A model generated the notes under the pieces. That model saw only the letters and a program-made list of their open reading frames with translations. It did no database searches and was not told where the DNA came from. The position numbers and the translations under genes are program-made. Positions 13,747 to 20,550 of a stretch of DNA of 20,550 nt are shown piece by piece. Positions within the stretch are counted from its first letter, which is position 1; the number at the start of each line of letters is the position of its first letter. Origin of the DNA: a candidate division WOR-3 bacterium (GTDB lineage: Bacteria; Hydrothermota; Tepidihabitantia; SM23-42; CAYGYG01); assembly GCA_965648915.1 (NCBI GenBank), contig CBFGIV010000040.1:1-20550 (forward strand), written 5' to 3'.

Positions 13747-14535
13747 ATGAAAATAATTGTCTGTATCAAGCAGGTCCCGGATACAACCGAAGTCCGGATC
13801 AATCCTGAAACCAACACCCTGATTCGAGACGGTGTGCCGAGTATCGTTAACCCTTTTGACCTTTTTGCAATCGAAGAGGCAATCCGGATCAAGGAAAAAT
13901 TTACCGGCACCGTGACCTTGATAACGATGGGACCGCCTCAGGCAGGCGTGGCACTTAAAGAAGGTCTGGCGATGGGTGGGGATGAGGCAATCCTTATTAC
14001 TGACCGGGCCTTTGCCGGTGCTGATACTTATGCAACTTCCTATACGATTGCCTCGGCGATAAAGAAGCTTGGTCAATACGATTTAATAATCTGTGGCAAA
14101 CAGGCGATCGACGGTGATACCGCCCAGGTTGGTCCCGGGATTGCCGCCTGGCTTGATATACCCCAGATAACATTTGTCCGGAAGATTCGTGAAATCAGGC
14201 CGGATGAAAAGAGGATGATGGTGGAGACAATTATTGAAGATGGGTACGAGGTTGTGGAAACTCCCCTGCCCTGCCTTCTCACCGTCGTTAAGGAGATAAA
14301 CGAACCGAGAATCCCTTCGCTGCGGGGTAAGCTTCGCGCAAAACAGATTCCGATTCAGGAGTGGCATAAGGGCGATTTTGAGATCGATGAGACAAGGATC
14401 GGGCTTAATGGTTCACCGACCTGGGTTATAAAAATCTTTACGCCCACTCACAAAAAGGCCGGAGAGATATTAGGTGATGATATGGAGAGTATTAGAAAGT
14501 GTGCTCAGCGGATCAAGGCACTGAGGATAAATTGA
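13747..14535 (+). CDS. etfB: Electron transfer flavoprotein beta subunit (FixA family)
   Basis: CIKQVPD, NPFD, DRAFAGADTYAT, CGKQAIDGDTAQVGP. Confidence 0.95.
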   Translation: MKIIVCIKQVPDTTEVRINPETNTLIRDGVPSIVNPFDLFAIEEAIRIKEKFTGTVTLITMGPPQAGVALKEGLAMGGDEAILITDRAFAGADTYATSYTIASAIKKLGQYDLIICGKQAIDGDTAQVGPGIAAWLDIPQITFVRKIREIRPDEKRMMVETIIEDGYEVVETPLPCLLTVVKEINEPRIPSLRGKLRAKQIPIQEWHKGDFEIDETRIGLNGSPTWVIKIFTPTHKKAGEILGDDMESIRKCAQRIKALRIN

Positions 14536-15710
14536 TGGGTTTAAATATTGACCGGACAAAATGTAATCTCTGTGAACTCTGTTTATCAAGTTGCCCATTC
14601 GGTGCCCTTGAGGTCAGGGACGGTGTCTTAACCGTAAATGACTTATGTAATCTCTGCGGTGCCTGTCTGGATGTGTGTCCCCAGATGGCGCTTTCGATCG
14701 AGCGCGGAGATGAAGGGATCCGGGGTGGTGAAGCGAAAGATGTCTGGGTATTTGCTGAACAGCGTAAGGGTCAGATCCAGAAGGTTGCTTATGAATTGAT
14801 CGGCGCAGGTCAGGATCTGGCGCAGAGTCTTGGGGAGAAGGTCTGGTCGGTTCTGATCGGTAAGGTAGAGGATCCCGAGGAGTTGATCCGGATGGGATCG
14901 GATGGGGTCTTTTATTATGAGGATGATACCCTTGTCCAATTTCAGGTTGAACCATATACCGAGATACTTGAGCGGTTGGTTCTTCAATATCATCCCCGAA
15001 TTTTAATTGCGGGCGCGACCACAATTGGTCGTTCTCTATTACCAAGACTGGCAATTAGATTAAATACCGGGTTGACCGCAGACTGTACCGGATTAGCAAT
15101 CGATCCGGACAAGAGATATCTTTTACAGACCCGACCTGCCTTTGGCGGAAATATTATGGCAACGATTATCTGCCCGAAGACCTTTCCTCAGATGGCGACA
15201 GTTCGGCCCAGGGTAATGAGGGCGAAAGAGATTGATCCCGCAAGAAAGGGGCAGGTGATTAAGATCAGTCCAGGGCCGGTAAGTTCTCGAATAAAAATTT
15301 TAGAATTTATACCCGACCTAACGCAAAAAGTCAATATCGCCGATGCCAGTGTTATCGTCTCCGGCGGCAGGGGATTGGGTGGACCGGAGAATTTTAAGTT
15401 GATTGAAGAACTGGCTGCCCGACTGGGTGGTGCGGTCGGTGCATCACGGGGAGCAGTCGATGCGGGCTGGATCCCGTTTTCGCACCAGGTCGGACAGACC
15501 GGGAAGACGGTCTGTCCGGATCTCTACATTGCGGTTGGTATTTCTGGCTCCATTCAACACCTGGTTGGAATGCAGTCCTCGAAGTTTATCGTGGCGATAA
15601 ATAAGGATCGTGATGCCCCGATTTTTAAGGTCTGTGACTGTGGCATCGTTGGCGATCTGTTTGAGGTTGTCCCCAAATTGATCGATGCCTTAAATGAAAA
15701 GCAAGGATAG
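14535..15710 (+). CDS. etfA: Electron transfer flavoprotein alpha subunit with N-terminal 2x[4Fe-4S] ferredoxin domain
   Basis: ATG overlaps the etfB stop (TGATG). Motifs CNLCELCLSSCP and CNLCGACLDVCP; TGLTADCT, SGGRGLG, QVGQTGKTV, GISGSIQHLVGM. Confidence 0.94.
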   Translation: MGLNIDRTKCNLCELCLSSCPFGALEVRDGVLTVNDLCNLCGACLDVCPQMALSIERGDEGIRGGEAKDVWVFAEQRKGQIQKVAYELIGAGQDLAQSLGEKVWSVLIGKVEDPEELIRMGSDGVFYYEDDTLVQFQVEPYTEILERLVLQYHPRILIAGATTIGRSLLPRLAIRLNTGLTADCTGLAIDPDKRYLLQTRPAFGGNIMATIICPKTFPQMATVRPRVMRAKEIDPARKGQVIKISPGPVSSRIKILEFIPDLTQKVNIADASVIVSGGRGLGGPENFKLIEELAARLGGAVGASRGAVDAGWIPFSHQVGQTGKTVCPDLYIAVGISGSIQHLVGMQSSKFIVAINKDRDAPIFKVCDCGIVGDLFEVVPKLIDALNEKQG

Positions 15711-16284
15711 GCTTGTGATTGGTATCACCGGTAATGCCGGCTCAGGCAAATCAGAAGTTGCCCAACTCTTCAGGCGTGCCGGGGCTTATGTGATTTCTGC
15801 CGATCGTCTGGGGTGGGAATTATTAGAGCGTAAAGACTTAAAAGCGAAGATCCTCTCTTTCTTTGGCGATGAAATTTTGAATCAGAAAAAAGAGATCGAT
15901 CGGAAAATTTTAGGCAAGTTGGTTTTTGCAAAGAGACGGTATCGCCTTTTTCTAAACAGGACAATCCATCCTGCTCTGCAAAGGAAAATAACTGAAGTGT
16001 TAAGAAGTTTAAAGCGACGTTTGATCGTGATCGATGCTGCACTCCTGTTGAACTGGCGCATCCGCCGATTATGCGATTTAATTGTCTGGGTCAGTGCCCC
16101 ACAGGATTTGAAGATTAAAAATCTGATGCGGAAAGGTTTTTTGAAAAAGATGGCTCGACAGATATTAGAAACCCAGCTGACCGAGCAGGTTGGTCGATCC
16201 AGAGCCGATCTTATTCTTTATAATGAGAGTTCGCTTTCTGCTCTGCAGGCAAAAGCACGGGCAATCATCAGGGGTTTAAAATGA
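15694..16284 (+). CDS. coaE: Dephospho-CoA kinase
   Basis: IGITGNAGSGKS P-loop, ISAD, IDRKILGKLVF, IHP. Confidence 0.9.
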   Translation: MKSKDRLVIGITGNAGSGKSEVAQLFRRAGAYVISADRLGWELLERKDLKAKILSFFGDEILNQKKEIDRKILGKLVFAKRRYRLFLNRTIHPALQRKITEVLRSLKRRLIVIDAALLLNWRIRRLCDLIVWVSAPQDLKIKNLMRKGFLKKMARQILETQLTEQVGRSRADLILYNESSLSALQAKARAIIRGLK

Positions 16285-16781
16285 TTATAACCTGCAGTAA
16301 CTGTCAGGCAAAATATAACATTGATGAAAGCAAAATCCCACCTCAGGGTGTAAAGGCGAAGTGCACCAGGTGCGGTAATATTTTGAATATTACCAGACCT
16401 GTGCTTGAACCAAAACCTGAGATAGTTGAACCACCACCGAAGACCGAACCCAAAAAAGAGGTGCCAAAAGTTGAGGTCCCGATCAAGAAGCCCGAAGAGA
16501 AGGAGAGTATACCTGAGGGATTGAGCGAAGCGGATAAGAAGTGGCATGAGCGGGCGCGACGCCTGGCCAAGGTTCTGGCATCGGATTTAGTCTTATATCA
16601 TAAAGATAAAGTTGAAAAGGGACTGCGCGAAGGGACTCTTGCTCAACTTTTAGGGAATGAAATAAGAAGATCCTGGGAATATTATTGCCAGCAGATACCA
16701 AAACATATTGTCGATTCGACAAATTATTTTAAGGAGGCATTGAACCGAATTATCGGCAAGGGACGGGAGATATTCAGATAG
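16281..16781 (+). CDS. Zinc-ribbon (MJ0042-type) protein with Pro/Glu/Lys linker and small helical C-terminal domain
   Basis: MIITCSNCQAKY...KCTRCG, PEK-rich linker, ARRLAKVLASDLVLYH domain. ATGA overlap with coaE. Confidence 0.82.
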   Translation: MIITCSNCQAKYNIDESKIPPQGVKAKCTRCGNILNITRPVLEPKPEIVEPPPKTEPKKEVPKVEVPIKKPEEKESIPEGLSEADKKWHERARRLAKVLASDLVLYHKDKVEKGLREGTLAQLLGNEIRRSWEYYCQQIPKHIVDSTNYFKEALNRIIGKGREIFR

Positions 16782-16793
16782 AAACAATTTAAA

Positions 16794-17507
16794 TCAGCAT
16801 CGGTATTTATCAATAATTTCTCTCATCTCCCGGACCGCCTGCGTAAGACCAACGAAGACCGAACGGGCGACGATAGAAAAGCCGATACTGAAACCGGTGA
16901 TTTCCGGAATTCTTAAAAGGGGGATGATATTTTGGTAGTCGATTCCATGACCGGCATGAACAATCAGCCCCAATTTTTTTGCCACCCGCGCCATCTGCGC
17001 GACCTTTACTGTCTCCCGGCTCTTATCCTTAATAATTGAATAGCGGGCGGTGTTTATCTCAATCATATCGGCACCGAGTTTTTTAGCCATTCGGATCTGT
17101 TCTGGATCCGGATCGATAAAGATGCTCACTTTTATTCTCTCTTTTTTTAATCTCTTTATCGCTGCCTGGATTGTTTGACGCCGCTGGAGCAGATTTAATC
17201 CACCCTGGGTTGTGATCTCACCGGGTTGCTCGGGCACCAGGGATACCCGGTCAGGTTTTACCTCAAGGGCGATCTTCATCATCCGGCTGGTTACCGCCAT
17301 TTCGAGATTGAGTTCGGTCTTGATGACCTGTTTTAAGAGTCTTAAATCCCGCTCTTTGATATGCCTTTCGTCCATTCGGAGATGGACGGTGATACCGTTG
17401 GCACCGCCGAGTTCAGCCAGGACTGCAGCATAGATCGGATCAGGAAAGTTTTCTTTTCTTGCCTCTCGTAAAGTTGCGATGTGGTCGATATTGACCGAAA
17501 GTTCCAT
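16794..17507 (-). CDS. pdxJ: Pyridoxine 5'-phosphate synthase
   Basis: LSVNIDHIATLREAR, GITVHLR.DERHI, LNLEMA, LVPE...TTQGGL, SIFIDP, HAGHG. Confidence 0.96.
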   Translation of the reverse strand: MELSVNIDHIATLREARKENFPDPIYAAVLAELGGANGITVHLRMDERHIKERDLRLLKQVIKTELNLEMAVTSRMMKIALEVKPDRVSLVPEQPGEITTQGGLNLLQRRQTIQAAIKRLKKERIKVSIFIDPDPEQIRMAKKLGADMIEINTARYSIIKDKSRETVKVAQMARVAKKLGLIVHAGHGIDYQNIIPLLRIPEITGFSIGFSIVARSVFVGLTQAVREMREIIDKYRC

Positions 17508-18239
17508 CTACTGTCCTCTGGCCAGCCGGAGGGCTAAAAATTCGGGCAGACCGGCATCAATTATCTTCTTCTGAGCCAGGGCAATGTCGTACTGGAGGCG
17601 GACGATTTCAACCGTTGATTTTTTGGTGTCGAGTATCGCATAACTTGCCCTGGGGTCTAAGTCCCGGGGCTGTCCCACACTGCCGACATTGATGATATAG
17701 CGAAAATGGTTGGTGATCTTTAGCGGATTTTCATTCTCAATCTCAACTTTTGAGCCTTTCAGGCTTGCAAATACCGGTTCATGGGAATGGCCGACGAAGC
17801 ATATCTTTTCTTTAAAATAAGCGAACTGCTCCTCAAAGTCGATCGGATCGAAGAGATAGTTCCATTCTTCTGGTCGGTGCGGGGTTGAGTGGACAAAGAA
17901 TAGAGAATTTGCTTTGATGGTTGCGGTTAAACCAAGACTGTTGAGATATTCAAGATTTTTATTTTTTGTATTTTTTTTGGTCCATTCGATGGCGATGCGG
18001 GCAACAGGATTAAAGTTGGAATAATCGGTCTTGTCGATTACTGCCCAGTCGTGATTTCCCGCGATTACGATTCGGGCGAGATCGGCAACGATTTCGATAC
18101 ATTCATTCGGGTTGGCACCGTAGCCGACAAGATCACCGAGGCAGACTACTTCCTTCAATTTTCGCTCTTTGATATCGTTGACGACTGCCTGGAGCCCCTC
18201 TAAATTTCCGTGGAGATCTGAGATTATCGCGATTTCCAT
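17508..18239 (-). CDS. Calcineurin-like metallophosphoesterase
   Basis: ISDLHGN, CLGDLVGYG, GNHD, GHSH, NVGSVGQPRD. Confidence 0.92.
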   Translation of the reverse strand: MEIAIISDLHGNLEGLQAVVNDIKERKLKEVVCLGDLVGYGANPNECIEIVADLARIVIAGNHDWAVIDKTDYSNFNPVARIAIEWTKKNTKNKNLEYLNSLGLTATIKANSLFFVHSTPHRPEEWNYLFDPIDFEEQFAYFKEKICFVGHSHEPVFASLKGSKVEIENENPLKITNHFRYIINVGSVGQPRDLDPRASYAILDTKKSTVEIVRLQYDIALAQKKIIDAGLPEFLALRLARGQ

Positions 18240-18244
18240 CCTTT

Positions 18245-18664
18245 TTATTCTTTGCTGTTTTTCCGTTCAAATTCACGGGCGATGGCATCAAGAATCCCGT
18301 TGATGAATTTACCGGAGTCGATATCACCGTATTTCTTGGCGATTTCGATTGATTCATTGATTGTGACCCGAAAAGGGATGTCAGCAAAATAGAGGAGTTC
18401 ACAACTTCCCATCCGCAGGATAGTGCGATCGATACTGGCCACCCGATGAAACTCCCAGTTCTTAATCTTCTTCTTTAAAGTTTTGTCAATCTCATCGATA
18501 TGGAAATAGACGGTGCCGACAACCTTCCGGGCATAATCCTGTATGACCGGAGAATATTTTTTTCTTTTTAAAATTTCTTTAAGGATCAAAGATGGGTCTT
18601 CGCCTGTAAGGTCGAAGCGATACAGGGCTTGAAGGGCAAGTTCCCGGGCGATGCGTCTTTGCAT
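18245..18664 (-). CDS. nusB: Transcription antitermination factor NusB
   Basis: RRIARELALQALY, IDRTILR, INESIEIAKKYG...KFINGILD; downstream of ribH. Confidence 0.95.
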   Translation of the reverse strand: MQRRIARELALQALYRFDLTGEDPSLILKEILKRKKYSPVIQDYARKVVGTVYFHIDEIDKTLKKKIKNWEFHRVASIDRTILRMGSCELLYFADIPFRVTINESIEIAKKYGDIDSGKFINGILDAIAREFERKNSKE

Positions 18665-18668
18665 CTCA

Positions 18669-19139
18669 CTACTTTTTTCTGATTTTATCTAAGAGATTGC
18701 TCATCTCGATGGCGGAGAGGGCAGCAAGCCATCCTTTGTTACCTTCTTTGGCACCGGCACGATCGATTGCCTGTTCAAGGGTATCAGCGGTGACAATACC
18801 AAAAATGGTTGGAACACCGGTCTCGAGATTGATCTGGGCAATCCCTTTGGTTACTTCACCCGCGATATAATCGAAGTGAGGAGTTTCGCCCCGGATCACC
18901 GCACCGAGACAGATGAGACCATCATAGCGATTTGATCGGGCAAGGGATTTGGCGATCAAAGGGATCTCAAACGACCCACTGGTCCAGAAGATATCTATAT
19001 TATCCTTATCGACCTGGTGTCGAACCAGACAATCGCAGGCACCATCACAGAGGGCTCGGGATACAAATTCATTAAAGCGGGCAACGATGATGGCAAATCT
19101 CTTATTCTTGCCAACAAATTCGCCACGAAACTCTTTCAT
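18669..19139 (-). CDS. ribH: 6,7-dimethyl-8-ribityllumazine synthase
   Basis: IIVARFN, GSFEIP, LGAVIRGETPHFDYIA, QAIDRAGAK.GNKG. Confidence 0.96.
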   Translation of the reverse strand: MKEFRGEFVGKNKRFAIIVARFNEFVSRALCDGACDCLVRHQVDKDNIDIFWTSGSFEIPLIAKSLARSNRYDGLICLGAVIRGETPHFDYIAGEVTKGIAQINLETGVPTIFGIVTADTLEQAIDRAGAKEGNKGWLAALSAIEMSNLLDKIRKK

Positions 19140-20380
19140 TATTTACCTCCTTGGATTTTAAACCCAGCCCCTTTCGGTAATTTTAATCGGGGCATTATAT
19201 GACCCAATTTATCCCGTTTGGCTTTAAGGTATTTTAAATTTTCCTGATTGGGTTCGATAAATATCGGTATCTGTTTTACAACTTTCAAGCCATAACCCTC
19301 AAGACCGATAATCTTTTTGGGGTTATTGGTTAAAAGTCTGATCGTTGATAAACCGAGATCGACCAGGATCTGGGCACCAATTCCGTAGTCTCTCAGGTCA
19401 GGTTCAAATCCCAAGACTAAATTGGCATCCACAGTATCAAGACCACCGTCCTGAAGCACATAGGCCTTCAATTTATTCAAGAGACCTATGCCCCGTCCTT
19501 CCTGACGCATATAGACGAATACACCCTGGCCTTCCTGATTTATCATTCTTAAAGCGGTCTCAAGTTGAGACCCGCAGTCACACCTTTTCGAACCAAAGAC
19601 ATCGCCGGTTAGACACTGGGAGTGGACCCGGACCAGGACATTTTTTTTACCGGTGATATTACCTTTAACAATTGCGAGGTGGTGCTCATTTTCCGGAATA
19701 CTCTCGTAAACAATGAGTTTGAATTCACCAAATTTTGTTGGTAAGGGTGTCTCGAGGATACGGCGGATCAGTTTCTCTTTCTTCCTTCGATATTCGATCA
19801 GGTTTTTGATGGTAATGAGTTTTAGATTAAACCGTTTGGCGATCTTCTTAAGTCGGGGGAGACGGGCCATTGTTCCGTCCGAGTCCATAATCTCACAGAG
19901 GACACCGGCCGGATAGAGGCCAGCGAGAAGAGCAAGATCGACTGCTGCCTCAGTATGTCCGGCTCTTCTCAAAACCCCGCCTTCCTGGGCCCTCAGCGGA
20001 AAGATGTGACCCGGACGGGCAAGGTCTTCGGGTCTGGTTCTGGGGTCGATTATGGTCTTGATTGTCACCCAGCGGTCATGAGCCGAGATACCGGTGGTTG
20101 TCCCCTTGACGGCGTCGACGGATACAGTAAAAGATGTCCGGAGACGGGCAGTATTTTCTGTAACCATCGATGGGATATTCAATTCGTCCAGCCTCTTACC
20201 GATGATCGGGAGACATATTAAACCCCGGCCGTATTTCGCCATAAAATTTATTATCTCCGGGGTTACCAGTTCCGCTGCACAGATGAAATCACCTTCATTT
20301 TCTCTATTCTCATCGTCAACCACAATTACCATTCGCCCCTTCTTTATATCCTTGATCGCCTGTTCGATTTTTGCAAACAT
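19139..20380 (-). CDS. ribBA: Bifunctional DHBP synthase / GTP cyclohydrolase II
   Basis: VVDDENRENEGD, RPGHIFPL, RAGHTEA, RVHSQCLTGDVFGS.RCDCG, QEGRGIGL, LLTNNP. ATG 20380 is preferred because the track start (20419) lies upstream of the promoter. Confidence 0.96.
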   Translation of the reverse strand: MFAKIEQAIKDIKKGRMVIVVDDENRENEGDFICAAELVTPEIINFMAKYGRGLICLPIIGKRLDELNIPSMVTENTARLRTSFTVSVDAVKGTTTGISAHDRWVTIKTIIDPRTRPEDLARPGHIFPLRAQEGGVLRRAGHTEAAVDLALLAGLYPAGVLCEIMDSDGTMARLPRLKKIAKRFNLKLITIKNLIEYRRKKEKLIRRILETPLPTKFGEFKLIVYESIPENEHHLAIVKGNITGKKNVLVRVHSQCLTGDVFGSKRCDCGSQLETALRMINQEGQGVFVYMRQEGRGIGLLNKLKAYVLQDGGLDTVDANLVLGFEPDLRDYGIGAQILVDLGLSTIRLLTNNPKKIIGLEGYGLKVVKQIPIFIEPNQENLKYLKAKRDKLGHIMPRLKLPKGAGFKIQGGK

Positions 20381-20387
20381 CGTATTG

Positions 20388-20415
20388 ATTCTACAAATTT
20401 TTTGAGTAAAGTCAA
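20388..20415 (-). promoter_or_regulatory. Promoter of the rib operon (leaderless geometry)
   Basis: Minus strand TTGACT (20415-20410), 16 bp, TAGAAT (20393-20388), then 7 nt to ATG 20380. Confidence 0.7.
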
Positions 20416-20475
20416 GCATAATTTGTAGATAGACCTAGACATCGTAACCAGGTGATAAGGATATTAAAAGGGATA

Positions 20476-20550
20476 TTGACAGAAGAGGGCATTCCCCGTA
20501 TTATGGATATTATGAAAAGATTAAAAAAGAAAGGAGGAATGCCCTATGAT
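20476..20550 (+). promoter_or_regulatory. Promoter and RBS for a divergent gene running off the window
   Basis: TTGACA (20476-20481), 17 bp, TATTAT (20499-20504); SD AAGGAGG (20531-20537); ATG at 20546. Confidence 0.65.

Noticed and set aside
3154..20405. Numerous 60-210 aa alternative-frame and antisense ORFs inside the long genes
   Set aside because: They are nested in confidently identified CDSs and lack motifs or RBSs; treated as shadows.

Overview
A bacterial window, probably from an anaerobe of an FCB-associated candidate lineage such as WOR-3. This is inferred from three secreted proteins with FlgD-Ig/T9SS-like C-terminal domains and a ferredoxin-fused EtfA. The left ~11.4 kb is accessory. 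It holds a hairpin-rich non-coding stretch, a Cys-rich 82-aa ORF, and tRNA-Gly(GCC) and tRNA-Cys(GCA) separated by a 62-bp duplication of the tRNA-Gly 3' end. Next comes a radical SAM/SPASM gene. Divergent from it lies a 48-aa ORF missing from the ORF track (2424-2570) that looks like a RiPP precursor (Lys-rich leader, YQKP-x-I motif, two-Cys core). That ORF heads an apparent operon with a ~1970-aa modular S8 subtilase, a secreted protein that shares a domain with the subtilase, and an FG-GAP propeller protein. The rSAM + precursor + protease cassette is the best candidate for an undescribed system. The right ~9 kb is housekeeping: fabG-acpP-fabF-etfB-etfA-coaE-zinc-ribbon gene on +, converging on ribBA-ribH-nusB-metallophosphoesterase-pdxJ on -. 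Several promoters have 16-bp spacers, and some genes appear leaderless. All calls come from reading the sequence by eye; no searches were run.
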